From Smithellaceae bacterium (GTDB lineage Bacteria; Desulfobacterota; Syntrophia; Syntrophales; Smithellaceae), in NCBI GenBank assembly GCA_963667845.2, contig CAXXVL010000002.1:3136001-3200000 (forward strand): a DNA stretch of 64,000 bases, given 5' to 3'. The position numbers were made by a program, and so were the translations under genes. Shown piece by piece: positions 41,713 through 51,958 of the stretch. The notes below the pieces were generated by a model. That model did no database searches, was not told where the DNA came from, and worked only from the letters and a program-made list of their open reading frames with translations. Numbering within the stretch: position 1 is the stretch's first letter; each line of letters starts with the position of its first letter.

Positions 41713-43527
41713 TTACTGCGTTTGTGCTGCATGTTCGGCAGGCAGAGCACTGCCGATGATCGCATCGATTTCCGCGCTATTAAGAACCTCTTTCTCGAGC
41801 AACTCAGCGGACAACCGGTGCAGGATTTCTATGTGCTCGCTCAAAAGCGATATGGCTTTATCATAGTTGCGTTTCACAACGGCAACAACTTCTTCATCTA
41901 TTTTTTTCGCCGTTTCTTCGCTGTAATCCTTATGGGTCGCAAATTCGCGCCCTAAAAAGATCTGTTCCTCTTTCTTCCCGTAACTGAGCGGTCCCAGTAC
42001 CTTGCTCATACCCCACTCACACACCATTTTGCGGGCAAGATTAGTAGCTCTTTCGATATCATTGCCGGCACCGGTGGTAAAATCCTTCAGAATAATTTCT
42101 TCGGCTGCTCGACCTCCCAGCAACACAGCGATATTACCTTCCAGGTATTGACTGGGATAGGTGTGCTTTTCATCGATCGGCAGCTGCTGAGTTAAGCCCA
42201 GCGCCCTGCCGCGAGGAATAATCGTTACCTTGTGAATCGGATCTGTCCCGGGAACTAAACGGGCAATCAGGGTATGACCGGACTCGTGATAGGCGGTGTT
42301 ACGCTTCTCCTCATCACTGATCACCATGCTCTTTCTTTCCGTACCCATCAGAACCTTGTCTTTGGCGAACTCGAAATCCGACATATTAACTTTATCTTTG
42401 TTCAAACGCGCGGCATTTAGTACCGCCTCATTGACCAGATTCTCGATATCGGCGCCTGATGTGCCCGGTGTCCCTCTGGCCATAATAGCGTAATCCACAT
42501 CATCTGCAGCCGGTATCTTACGCGCATGTACCTCAAATATTTTCTCCCGGCCTTTCACATCGGGTAGCGGCACCACAACCTGCCGGTCAAAACGCCCCGG
42601 ACGCAAAAGTGCCGGATCGAGAACATCCGGACGGTTGGTCGCCGACACGAGAATGACACCTTCATTGGACTCAAATCCATCCATTTCTACAAGCAACTGG
42701 TTGAGCGTCTGCTCCCTTTCGTCGTGACCACCGCCAAGGCCTGCACCCCGGTGCCGACCTACCGCGTCAATTTCATCGATAAAGATGATGCACGGCGCGT
42801 TTTTTTTTGCCTGGCTGAACAAATCACGGACCCGGGATGCTCCCACACCGACAAACATTTCCACAAAATCAGACCCGCTGATGCTCAGGAAGGGCACATC
42901 AGCTTCACCGGCAATGGCACGCGCCAGAAGCGTTTTACCCGTTCCGGGGGGACCCACCAGTAACAAACCCTTGGGAATTCTCCCTCCCAGCTTCGTGTAT
43001 TTCTTGGGATCCTTTAAGAAATCGATAACTTCTTCAAGTTCAGCCTTAGCTTCATCGACCCCGGCCACATCGGCAAACGTCACTTTTTTAGATTTGTCGG
43101 TAATCAGGCGTGCTCTGCTTTTTCCAAAAGACATGGCTTTGCCGCCGCCCGACTGCATTTGACGCATAAAGAAAATCCACACACCGATCAATAAAAGCAT
43201 CGGAAACCATGAAATAAAAATCATATACCACGGATTGTCTTCTATGGGTTTGGCCGTAATCTTTACGTTTTTCTCCCGCAACATCCCAACCAGTGAATCA
43301 TCCTTGGGAGCATACGTTTTAAACATGCTTCCGTTCGCCAGCTTACCGCTTATCGCTTCTCCCTGTATGGTAACCTCGGTAATTTCATTATTTTTAAGGT
43401 GGTTCAGCAGCTCCGTGTAATTGATATCTTTTGAATTGGGCTTCTGCTGATTAAATAGTTGCCAGACAAGCAAAAAAACTAAAAGCACCGTCAGAACGAG
43501 TGCTATATTTTTTTGAAATTGATTCAA
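41713..43527 (-). CDS. ftsH: ATP-dependent zinc metalloprotease FtsH
   Basis: Two TM helices, [13 protein letters not shown]. Confidence 0.98.
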   Translation of the reverse strand: MNQFQKNIALVLTVLLVFLLVWQLFNQQKPNSKDINYTELLNHLKNNEITEVTIQGEAISGKLANGSMFKTYAPKDDSLVGMLREKNVKITAKPIEDNPWYMIFISWFPMLLLIGVWIFFMRQMQSGGGKAMSFGKSRARLITDKSKKVTFADVAGVDEAKAELEEVIDFLKDPKKYTKLGGRIPKGLLLVGPPGTGKTLLARAIAGEADVPFLSISGSDFVEMFVGVGASRVRDLFSQAKKNAPCIIFIDEIDAVGRHRGAGLGGGHDEREQTLNQLLVEMDGFESNEGVILVSATNRPDVLDPALLRPGRFDRQVVVPLPDVKGREKIFEVHARKIPAADDVDYAIMARGTPGTSGADIENLVNEAVLNAARLNKDKVNMSDFEFAKDKVLMGTERKSMVISDEEKRNTAYHESGHTLIARLVPGTDPIHKVTIIPRGRALGLTQQLPIDEKHTYPSQYLEGNIAVLLGGRAAEEIILKDFTTGAGNDIERATNLARKMVCEWGMSKVLGPLSYGKKEEQIFLGREFATHKDYSEETAKKIDEEVVAVVKRNYDKAISLLSEHIEILHRLSAELLEKEVLNSAEIDAIIGSALPAEHAAQTQ

Positions 43528-43586
43528 TATAATTCTCCTTATAATGAAATATGTTTGTCGATCTTTATAATAATATCCAATTTAAC

Positions 43587-45002
43587 TCAATTATTTTCTT
43601 CTGCGGACTCAATCACTTCCGATAAACGCCGAATTTCGAGAATCAAAACATTTCTTGTCTCAGCCGCTACTTTAACTCTTTCACTCATGTGCATGTTTTC
43701 AATCCAGATAATGGATTCCTGATCAGTGATCAAAGCAATACTGTTCCGGTCGGTTCTCGGTATCTTCCGATCAATGAATAACTTCTTTATTTTTTGCGAT
43801 CCTCTTGTCCCCAATGGTTCAAACCAGTCCCCATTTTGGCGATTCCTGAGGATTAGAGGTTCTTTTATTTTGCCTTCATCAAAATAAATGAAATTTTCGC
43901 AGCTAAAATCAATCTCGGCAGGCGTTCCCCGTCTTAACGATAAGATAAGGTGTCTTTCCTTTAAATCAATGACTCCCGGAATAGACATAATGTACTTGTA
44001 ATTTTGTATTTTTGATCCGCTTGTTAGCTTGAGGGTCAGGCGGCCATATTCATGTTCGGCACAAAGCTTGTACGGTAGTGCAACTCTTTTTCCTGATGAA
44101 TCTTCAGTCAGCAGGTTAACGACCGATTGAATATGTGCAAATGAAAAACCTTTGCCCGCCGGTGACAAGCTCTCCAACAGGGCCTTGATAAGTCTGAAAC
44201 GTAAAGCGACATGAATCGATTTAAAATATTCGGCTGAGACGGACGCCTCTCTTCTCTTTCTTTGAATATCAGGTGATACGAGGATAACGTTCACGCATTC
44301 ATTCAGGAAGGCATCGTCTCTGCAAATAATCTCCGCCGACCTCGCCAAATTCTCTTCAATTTTGGGATTGTATCTTTCTTTCAGATAAGGAATCAGTTCT
44401 CTACGGATGCGGTTGCGCAGATAGACTTTACTGTCATTGGAGCTGTCATCGCGGTATCCCGTGCCGCTTACTGCCAGGAATTCCTGAATTTCCTTTCGCG
44501 TTACCTCCATGAGCGGACGAATAAACTTATTGTCCCGCATCGGCACGAAACCTTTAAGCCCATCCAAACCGCTGCCGCGCAACATGTTGAGCAAAACGGT
44601 TTCCGCCTGGTCCTGCAAATGATGCCCAAGCGCAATTCTATTAGCTCCGTGCTCACTGGCAACTTTTTCCAGAAACTTATACCGTTCCCTCCGAAAATAA
44701 TCTTCCGGCGACATACCCGTGGGAACTGTCGATTGCCGCATTCGTTCAGTCTCAAACGGAAGGCCAAGTTTTTCAGCTAAGCACCGGCAAAATTCCTCAT
44801 CCTCGTCTGACTCCGCATCCCTTAGCCCATGATTGAAATGGGCCACCACCAATTTCAGATGGCGGGATTGTGCCAAGCTGATCAGACTCATGAGCAATGC
44901 ACAAGAATCGGCTCCTCCGGATAAAGCAATGACAACGATGTCACCATTATTCAGGAGATGATTTTTATTTATGGTTTGTTCAATTTTCTTGATCAGCATC
45001 AT
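43587..45002 (-). CDS. tilS: tRNA(Ile)-lysidine synthetase
   Basis: SGGADS, HFNHGLR, HHLQDQAET, RNRIR, TilS C-terminal domain. Confidence 0.96.
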   Translation of the reverse strand: MMLIKKIEQTINKNHLLNNGDIVVIALSGGADSCALLMSLISLAQSRHLKLVVAHFNHGLRDAESDEDEEFCRCLAEKLGLPFETERMRQSTVPTGMSPEDYFRRERYKFLEKVASEHGANRIALGHHLQDQAETVLLNMLRGSGLDGLKGFVPMRDNKFIRPLMEVTRKEIQEFLAVSGTGYRDDSSNDSKVYLRNRIRRELIPYLKERYNPKIEENLARSAEIICRDDAFLNECVNVILVSPDIQRKRREASVSAEYFKSIHVALRFRLIKALLESLSPAGKGFSFAHIQSVVNLLTEDSSGKRVALPYKLCAEHEYGRLTLKLTSGSKIQNYKYIMSIPGVIDLKERHLILSLRRGTPAEIDFSCENFIYFDEGKIKEPLILRNRQNGDWFEPLGTRGSQKIKKLFIDRKIPRTDRNSIALITDQESIIWIENMHMSERVKVAAETRNVLILEIRRLSEVIESAEENN

Positions 45003-45643
45003 TGAAACAGCGTATTAACTTCCAAAATATTCTCACAATAAAAGTCGGCTTCCATTTGAATCAACGTTTCTTTGTTTCCCAGTCCATTCAAATACGCGCA
45101 CGATAAAATTCCGGCATTTTTGGCCACAGCGATATCATTTACGCCATCGCCGATGATAACGGCTTTTTGCGGCGCGACGTTGTATTTTTCCAGCAGGTAT
45201 TCAACAACACGCTGATCCGGCTTCTGATATGGAGTGGAATCCGCGCCCACAATTTCCATAAAATAGCGATCGATATGCAGACCCCGGGCAATGGCCAGAA
45301 CTAAATGGTGACGCTTGTTGGTCAGAATCACCTTCATTTTATGATTAAAAAATTTCAACACGTCCTCAATGTGCGGATAAAGGACGGTCTGATCCAAAAG
45401 ATGCTTTTCGTAATGACCGCTGAAAATGCTCATCGCCTCTTCCAGTCTGACGCGATGATCTTCTCCGAGGGATCTTTCAATTAATTTCGCAACACCGTCT
45501 CCTACGAAGGTGAGAATTTCTTGCGACGATCTGGTATTGAGGCGCATTGCAGCCAAGGTGTAATTGACGGAAGTCACGAGGTCTGCACCCGTGTCGGCAA
45601 GCGTACCGTCAAAATCGAATATCATCAAATCCACTTTTTTCAT
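44999..45643 (-). CDS. HAD-IA hydrolase (phosphoglycolate phosphatase-like)
   Basis: FDFDGTL, TNK, KPD and GDGVND motifs. Confidence 0.9.
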   Translation of the reverse strand: MKKVDLMIFDFDGTLADTGADLVTSVNYTLAAMRLNTRSSQEILTFVGDGVAKLIERSLGEDHRVRLEEAMSIFSGHYEKHLLDQTVLYPHIEDVLKFFNHKMKVILTNKRHHLVLAIARGLHIDRYFMEIVGADSTPYQKPDQRVVEYLLEKYNVAPQKAVIIGDGVNDIAVAKNAGILSCAYLNGLGNKETLIQMEADFYCENILEVNTLFQ

Positions 45644-45725
45644 TTTTATCTCCCCATCGTTGTATAACCGAGAGACTATTCAAAAACAAGGTTCTTTATA
45701 GAGCGAAGAGCATGAGAAATATTGT

Positions 45726-45754
45726 TTGACGGAAGCAACAAGACATGTTAGAAA
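45726..45754 (+). promoter_or_regulatory. Sigma70 promoter of the pan operon
   Basis: TTGACG-N17-TAGAAA with extended TG. Confidence 0.6.
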
Positions 45755-45762
45755 ATATTCAA

Positions 45763-45794
45763 CCGCTTGGATCACTTGTAACAGACTGAGACGG
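45763..45794 (+). ncRNA. pan RNA motif (cis-regulatory stem with two bulged A residues)
   Basis: CCG-CTTGG-A-TC-[10 nt loop]-GA-CTGAG-A-CGG at the start of the leader of a panB operon. Confidence 0.75.
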
Positions 45795-45819
45795 GAATCA
45801 GTAAATACTGTCGAATACG

Positions 45820-45851
45820 GGTCTTCCTCAAGTTGCGGAAGACCTTTTTTT
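45820..45851 (+). terminator. Leader (attenuator) intrinsic terminator upstream of panG-panB
   Basis: GGTCTTCC-9nt-GGAAGACC followed by T7, ending 17 nt before the ATG at 45869. Confidence 0.85.
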
Positions 45852-45868
45852 ATGCGTTACGGGGCAAG

Positions 45869-46774
45869 ATGAGAAAGAAGAAATTACTTACATTTTCCAT
45901 TATCGGCGCCGGAATGGTCGGAACGGCTATTGGATTTCTTTTGAAAAAAGCCGGTCATGATATCTCGGCTTTTGCCGATCTCTCCGCCGTCCATTTGAAA
46001 CGGGCACAGGCATACACGGGAGCAACGGGTTTTCGGCATCCTGCCCAGGCAGCTGGTCTGGCCGATTGCATTCTGATAACAACACCTGATGACCGCATCG
46101 GGACTGTCTGCGAGGAAATCGTCAGTGCTTCTTCCGTCACAGGCAAAAAAGTTTTTCATATGAGCGGCGCGGGAGGTCTTGACCTTCTTGAATCTGCTCA
46201 CCGGGCCGGTGCATCCGTCGCCAGTATTCATCCTCTGCAAAGTTTTTCTTCTATTGATGGCGCGATCCAAAGTATTCCCGGCAGCTATTTCGGTGTCACA
46301 GCATCACCTGGAGCAAAAAAAATTTCTGCCGACATTGTCCGCGACCTCCAGGGAATCCCAATTCCCATAACACCCGCTCAAAAGCCTCTTTATCACGCTG
46401 CCGCCTGCATCGCATCGAATTATCTGGTTTCATTGATGAGTGTCGTCGAGTCGATTTATTTATCCATCGGCTTTTCGCAGAAAGATGCCCGTAAAGCATA
46501 CCTGCCGCTGGTTTACGGCAGCCTGAAAAACATCGAAAGACAAGGTTGCGCCAGTGCGTTAACGGGACCTATTGCCCGAGGCGACTCGGGAACTATTCAA
46601 AAACATATCAAAGCAATGGCCTGCCATCTCCCCGACTTCTCATGTTTATACGCTGATATGGGAAAAGTCGCGGTGAAGCTTGCACGTGAGAAGGGTACGC
46701 TAAATTCGACCCAGGCCCAAATAATCATGGAACTCTTGAAAGGAGCCAATACCAATAATGAGCACACAAAATAA
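45869..46774 (+). CDS. Rossmann-like + DUF2520 protein; probable alternative ketopantoate reductase (PanG type)
   Basis: [44 protein letters not shown]; overlaps the panB start. Confidence 0.8.
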   Translation: MRKKKLLTFSIIGAGMVGTAIGFLLKKAGHDISAFADLSAVHLKRAQAYTGATGFRHPAQAAGLADCILITTPDDRIGTVCEEIVSASSVTGKKVFHMSGAGGLDLLESAHRAGASVASIHPLQSFSSIDGAIQSIPGSYFGVTASPGAKKISADIVRDLQGIPIPITPAQKPLYHAAACIASNYLVSLMSVVESIYLSIGFSQKDARKAYLPLVYGSLKNIERQGCASALTGPIARGDSGTIQKHIKAMACHLPDFSCLYADMGKVAVKLAREKGTLNSTQAQIIMELLKGANTNNEHTK

Positions 46775-47576
46775 GATCACTCGAAAGACTATCCTGGACA
46801 TCAAAAAAATGAAAGCCCAGGGCGAAAAAATAACCATGCTGACTGCCTATGATTACGGGATGGCCTGCGTACTGGACGAAAGCGGTATTGACATCCTTCT
46901 TATCGGTGATTCTCTGGGCAATGTGGTGTTGGGTTATGAATCGACCCTCCCAGTCACGATGGACGATATGGTGCGCCATACACAGGCAGTCGCGCGCGGT
47001 GCGATCAAGGCAATGATTGTCGCGGATATGCCATTTTTATCATATCAGACGTCTACGGAGACGGCGCTGGCAAATGCCGGGCGTTTATTGAAAGAAGGTG
47101 GTGCTCAGGCTGTTAAACTGGAAGGCGGCCGAGAACACGCTGAAATCGTCCATAAAATGACCTATGCGGGAATTCCCGTTATGGCACATTTGGGATTAAC
47201 ACCGCAATCAGTCAACCAGTTAGGTGGTTACAAAGTCCAGGGCAAAAAGGAAGATGCTGCGGAAATGATGATGCAGGACGCGAAAATTCTGGAAGAAGCA
47301 GGCGCTTTTTCAGTGGTATTGGAATGTGTACCCGAAAAACTGGCGGCAGACATTACCGCCGCGCTGTCCATTCCGACCATTGGCATCGGCGCCGGTGTTC
47401 ACTGTGACGGACAGGTTCTGGTAGTCAACGACATGCTGGGAATGAACGACAGAATGACGCCGAAGTTTGTTAAGAAATACGCCCAACTGAATGTGGATAT
47501 CAAGAATGCGGTCAAGAACTATATCAAGGATGTGAAGACGAGCGCTTTCCCGGATTCGGAGCACAGTTTCAAATAA
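46758..47576 (+). CDS. panB: 3-methyl-2-oxobutanoate hydroxymethyltransferase
   Basis: MLTAYD, LIGDSLG, KLEGG, HLGLTPQ, GIGAG..CDGQVLV. Confidence 0.98.
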   Translation: MSTQNKITRKTILDIKKMKAQGEKITMLTAYDYGMACVLDESGIDILLIGDSLGNVVLGYESTLPVTMDDMVRHTQAVARGAIKAMIVADMPFLSYQTSTETALANAGRLLKEGGAQAVKLEGGREHAEIVHKMTYAGIPVMAHLGLTPQSVNQLGGYKVQGKKEDAAEMMMQDAKILEEAGAFSVVLECVPEKLAADITAALSIPTIGIGAGVHCDGQVLVVNDMLGMNDRMTPKFVKKYAQLNVDIKNAVKNYIKDVKTSAFPDSEHSFK

Positions 47577-47578
47577 AG

Positions 47579-48481
47579 CTACTGCTTGTCGGATTGCACA
47601 AACTGTTTCAGCATCTGCGTATACGTACTCAATAGAATATCCGGGTGGACAAAATAATCCGGCCTTAGTTCGAAATGACGGTTGACTAATTGGGTTGCGG
47701 CTTTCTCGACACTATTTTCCCGATGGAGCGTCTGCTGTAATCTATCGATCATTTTATCGGTGGCGCTTTTGCTCTGTGTAATATATTGCGTGGCTTCCGC
47801 TTCGGTAATGTACCCGTAATGATCTGCGCATAACATTTTGATGTCCAGCTCTGCAAGTTTATCCAGACTCTTTTGGTAGGCCTCCAAGCTCGAGCCGGCC
47901 GCGATAACATATTCGTCCCGATAGGGGATAGCCACGGCGTCGGACGGAAATAAGACCTTTAATTGAGGAACGTAAGCCGATATGGAGCATGACGAGTGGC
48001 CCGGCGTTTCATGAATTTCAACTTGTCGGTCACCCAAATCGATACAGCTGTTCTGCCTTAATCGCTCTCCCTGAACATCATTGCGCCACTGCCAGTCCAG
48101 CATCGTCAGGACGTCGGTATTGCCCCGTACTCTGCGGCAGACTTTCAGCGTGTATTCATTCATGACCGAAATCGCTTTAGGATTGGTCAGAACATTCCAG
48201 CCGCGGGAAGACGCATGAATTGTCAGATGAGGCCAGTTCCTCTTTAAATAAGGGACTATGCCGACATGGTCGAAATGAGCATGTAAAATAATAACGTGGT
48301 CGATTTGTCTTTTAGAGATGCCCCAATCGGTAATCTGCCGGAAGATATCCGGCAGGATATAGCTTAATCCGGCGCTGATCAAAACGGAGGATTTGCTTCC
48401 TTCCAGCAGATAAACACAGGATTCTTCCGTCCCTAAATACCAGAGGCCTTTCTCAATCAGACCTGTTTTCTTAATTCTCAT
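47579..48481 (-). CDS. MBL-fold metallo-hydrolase
   Basis: HAHFDH, TPGHS and FPSD motifs. Confidence 0.85.
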   Translation of the reverse strand: MRIKKTGLIEKGLWYLGTEESCVYLLEGSKSSVLISAGLSYILPDIFRQITDWGISKRQIDHVIILHAHFDHVGIVPYLKRNWPHLTIHASSRGWNVLTNPKAISVMNEYTLKVCRRVRGNTDVLTMLDWQWRNDVQGERLRQNSCIDLGDRQVEIHETPGHSSCSISAYVPQLKVLFPSDAVAIPYRDEYVIAAGSSLEAYQKSLDKLAELDIKMLCADHYGYITEAEATQYITQSKSATDKMIDRLQQTLHRENSVEKAATQLVNRHFELRPDYFVHPDILLSTYTQMLKQFVQSDKQ

Positions 48482-49547
48482 AATAGATAATGACCGCGTT
48501 CTTCCTTAATTTCGCAGTCATTTGAGTAAATACTTCCGATTGCTTTTGCTGTTCGAGGTACGTGGATATCTTATCTTTTACCTCATCTATCGCCACTGTT
48601 TTTCCAGGGGTACGGCCCATAACTTGAATGATATGATGACCGAATTCCGTTGTGACAACCGGTCCGATGGCGTTTATTTCCTGTGAAAAAGCAGCATCCT
48701 CAAAGGGCTTGACTGTCTGGCCCTTTTTGATTTCACCCAGATCTCCGCCATTTTCTTTACTGGGGCAATCGGAATTGGTCCTGGCGATTTCGGCAAAATC
48801 TGCGCCTTCCACGAGCTTCTTACGCAGAGAGTCTATTTTGGCTTTCTTTTCAGCTTTCGTCTTTTCATCGTCTTTGGCATCAAGTGTTACCAGGATATGA
48901 CGCACGCGTACGGTTTCCTCTGTCGTGAACTTATCTTTATTATCCGCATAAAATTTGCTGACTTCTTTTGCCGTGGGCTTGGCCTTTTTACCGGCTTCCA
49001 TTTCAACCAGTTTTCTAATTCTGATTCCCAGTGCGATATCTTCTTTGGTAACTCCGTTCTCTTTCAGGAAATCGTCAACCTTTTTATCCGGCGGAATGTT
49101 GGCTTTAATTTGATTGATCGCGGCCTGTATATCCTTATCCGTTGCAATCACTTTCTTATTGTTCGCTTCATTGGTCAGCAGTGTTCGCAAAACAAATTCT
49201 TCCATCAGCTGCTTCTTCAATCCCGCTTGAATGTCCTTCTTCTTGTCAGCCGGAATCTTATCTTTGTAGAGGCTCATCTTTGTCTTGATTCTATTGGCAA
49301 GTTCGGCTTTCTTGAGTGCATTCCCATCAACGCTGACCGCGACGTCCTTTGGTTCCGCCTGCTTCGGCTCTATGATCGCCGGTGTTACGGCTTTGTCCAG
49401 GCCAAGGGGCGATTGAGTTTGCGTTTTTTGTTCGGCCTGTTTCACAGGTTCTTTCGTGCCTTCCTCTTTCTTGCTGCAGCCGAATGCTGCAGTTATCAGG
49501 ATGACCAATAAAACGATCAGGATATTTCTAAGTAAACTTTTATTCAT
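48471..49547 (-). CDS. Parvulin-type peptidyl-prolyl isomerase lipoprotein (PrsA/SurA-like)
   Basis: Lipobox AAFGC, VRHIL, SDCPSKENGGDLG, TEFGHHII. Confidence 0.9.
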   Translation of the reverse strand: MNKSLLRNILIVLLVILITAAFGCSKKEEGTKEPVKQAEQKTQTQSPLGLDKAVTPAIIEPKQAEPKDVAVSVDGNALKKAELANRIKTKMSLYKDKIPADKKKDIQAGLKKQLMEEFVLRTLLTNEANNKKVIATDKDIQAAINQIKANIPPDKKVDDFLKENGVTKEDIALGIRIRKLVEMEAGKKAKPTAKEVSKFYADNKDKFTTEETVRVRHILVTLDAKDDEKTKAEKKAKIDSLRKKLVEGADFAEIARTNSDCPSKENGGDLGEIKKGQTVKPFEDAAFSQEINAIGPVVTTEFGHHIIQVMGRTPGKTVAIDEVKDKISTYLEQQKQSEVFTQMTAKLRKNAVIIYYEN

Positions 49548-49656
49548 GAATTTCCTCCGAAATTAATTATGAATCGCAAATTCTTTTCTTTGAGCTATAT
49601 GTGATATTTATTTTTCCGTCAAGTGAAGAAGAAAATCCTTCCAAGCCGGCGTACGT

Positions 49657-51012
49657 TCATGTTCGCCTTCTGAGGTAAGATAAAATATTCAATTGGTCTT
49701 CCAAATTCAGCACGTTTCCCTGAGGCAGCTCAGCCGTAAATTCTCCATCCAGCATCTGCAAAATCATTTTCAATGCGGAGGACTGACCAATACACGGATA
49801 GAATTCTTTTGTCAGATAATTAATCAGCTTTAATGCTTCAAAACCGTCAAACCAGCCGTGAAACTGTCTTTCATGTGTCTTCTGATCCTTTGTATTGCGG
49901 CGTATTTTCGGCCAGACAGATAAGAAGCCCCGGCCAATTAAAAAGGCCTCCAGACCGGCATCGATCTCTTTCGCCAGGGCGAGAATACCGCTTTCGGACA
50001 GATCAAAGGAATTTTTCATCAAAGCAAGCCAGTCTTTCAAAATGCGAAACACCTGCGGGTCGTAGAGAGCACTCTCGTGCCTTGCCTTTGCTATCCTTTT
50101 GCCGACTGCCGCCCCCGTGCCAAAAGGAACCCGCACGGAAATGCGTGCGGATGGATAAACTACCGTTTCCTTTATCTGACGAACAGGGCCGGTTTTCGCC
50201 AGTTTGTTTAGAAAATAGAAATCCTCTCCGGCTTCACGGCGATTCATTCCCCGCACAGAAAGGTAGGCATCACTCGTCGTAACCATTGTCGAACCGATCG
50301 AATGAAATGCATAGGGCGATTGGGCATATTGCAGCCCCAATACCCAATAGCGCAAAAAGATCTCATACGAGCAGATGGCTTGCTTGGCATCTTCGTCGCG
50401 AGGCATTTGATGTGCATAGGCAATAACGCCTGTTTGAGCCTGCCCTGAAGAAATGAAACGCCGGACAGCTGATAAGTAGTTGGCTTGAACGCGGGTATCC
50501 GCATCCAGGCTCAGAATAGTCCGTCGTTCGCTTGAGGTATTTTTTAACACGCGCAAAGCTATGTCCATACCGATCTTGCGAGCCATACCCACACCGCCCG
50601 AATGTTGAGGAATTTCCATACCGGGAGACGATGCATCCACGAATGCAAGTCTTAGGCGCCGGTCAGAGATACTTTGCAGTAAATGGTGCAGACCGCCGGA
50701 AAGCCGACAACGGCTGATGGGTTCTCCGTTAATCAACATTTTAAATAGTTGGAGCGTTTGAGCATTGTTTTCTTTATCGACGGCCGGAGAAGCCGCCTTA
50801 TTGTTGATCACTGAGAGGACAAGCGTATTCTCCAGCATCGCGTCATCATTCGCAGCCAGCGATGCCAGGGTATCAAAGATCAGTTCCTTCTCTGCGTATG
50901 CCGGTATGACCACAACCTGGTCGATATTTTCAAGGTTCCCCGCCACCAGTTTCCACTGAGGCCCGGCCGCATATTTATTCAGATAGTCATTCAGCAGGGA
51001 AGCTTTTTTCAT
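49657..51012 (-). CDS. Uncharacterised GT-A/GT2-fold protein
   Basis: VVIPAYAE, GVGMARKIG, DAD, GEDFYFL and RVPFGTG motifs. Confidence 0.7.
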   Translation of the reverse strand: MKKASLLNDYLNKYAAGPQWKLVAGNLENIDQVVVIPAYAEKELIFDTLASLAANDDAMLENTLVLSVINNKAASPAVDKENNAQTLQLFKMLINGEPISRCRLSGGLHHLLQSISDRRLRLAFVDASSPGMEIPQHSGGVGMARKIGMDIALRVLKNTSSERRTILSLDADTRVQANYLSAVRRFISSGQAQTGVIAYAHQMPRDEDAKQAICSYEIFLRYWVLGLQYAQSPYAFHSIGSTMVTTSDAYLSVRGMNRREAGEDFYFLNKLAKTGPVRQIKETVVYPSARISVRVPFGTGAAVGKRIAKARHESALYDPQVFRILKDWLALMKNSFDLSESGILALAKEIDAGLEAFLIGRGFLSVWPKIRRNTKDQKTHERQFHGWFDGFEALKLINYLTKEFYPCIGQSSALKMILQMLDGEFTAELPQGNVLNLEDQLNILSYLRRRT

Positions 51013-51920
51013 GACAGCATTTCTAAAACGTGACCATGTAAGTTGGAATAATCATCTCCTGGAATCCATTCTATTTTCACACCCTTCTTTTCCATGCGTC
51101 GAAACCATGTCATTTGTCTCTTGGCAAACTGTCCTATAGCAATCTGAAGTTTTGAAATCATCTCATCCCGGGTGATAACGTTTTGCAGATATCGGGAGAT
51201 AAAGCGATATTCCAGACCAAAACTGTCCAATCGTTCCCAGGACAGGCCGGATCCATGCAACCGCGAAACCTCTTCGATCATTCCATTATTTAACCTTTGC
51301 CTGAGCCTTTCTGCAATTCTCACCCTTAACTCGTTCCTCTCCCAATGAAGTCCGAATATTCCGGCATGAATAGAAGGGATTCGTTCTCGCTTGTCCAACG
51401 GATTTTGCTTTGTCCTCTCGATTTCAATTTTTCTGATCATTCGGTCTTTGTCTTCAAGGTCCGTTTTGTTATGAAGATCGGGCTTCATGGACAAGAGAAT
51501 ACGACGAAGCTCCGTTGATGATTTTTCCTCAAGCTCTTTTCTCAGGTGCTGATCGGGTTTCACGGGCGGCAACACATAATCGGTCAATACAGACTCCAGG
51601 TAGAGACCTGTCCCTCCGACCAGGACAGCCAGGATTTGTCTTTCATTCAATTCATTGAAGATAGAATAGAATCTTCTCTGAAATTCAAAAACGCTGAACT
51701 CTTCTTGCGGCTCAATAATATCAATCAAATGATAAGGAAGGCTTTCACCGTTTCTTCGAAACTCGGACAAATCCTTGCCTGTGCCGATATCCATTCCCCG
51801 GTAAACCTGACGCGAATCTGCAGAAATAATTTCCCCGTGAAAATCCGCGGCCAAATTTGCCGCCATGGATGTCTTCCCCGAAGCAGTCGGCCCCAGTATG
51901 ACGATCAGATTCTTTTTCAT
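51009..51920 (-). CDS. miaA: tRNA dimethylallyltransferase (DSRQVY..DIGTGKD subtype)
   Basis: GPTASGKT, DSRQVYRGMDIGTGKD, GGTGLY, FAKRQMTWFR. Confidence 0.93.
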   Translation of the reverse strand: MKKNLIVILGPTASGKTSMAANLAADFHGEIISADSRQVYRGMDIGTGKDLSEFRRNGESLPYHLIDIIEPQEEFSVFEFQRRFYSIFNELNERQILAVLVGGTGLYLESVLTDYVLPPVKPDQHLRKELEEKSSTELRRILLSMKPDLHNKTDLEDKDRMIRKIEIERTKQNPLDKRERIPSIHAGIFGLHWERNELRVRIAERLRQRLNNGMIEEVSRLHGSGLSWERLDSFGLEYRFISRYLQNVITRDEMISKLQIAIGQFAKRQMTWFRRMEKKGVKIEWIPGDDYSNLHGHVLEMLS

Positions 51921-51958
51921 AGTGGATGGTATCGAACTATTTCCCGTGAAGTATTCTC

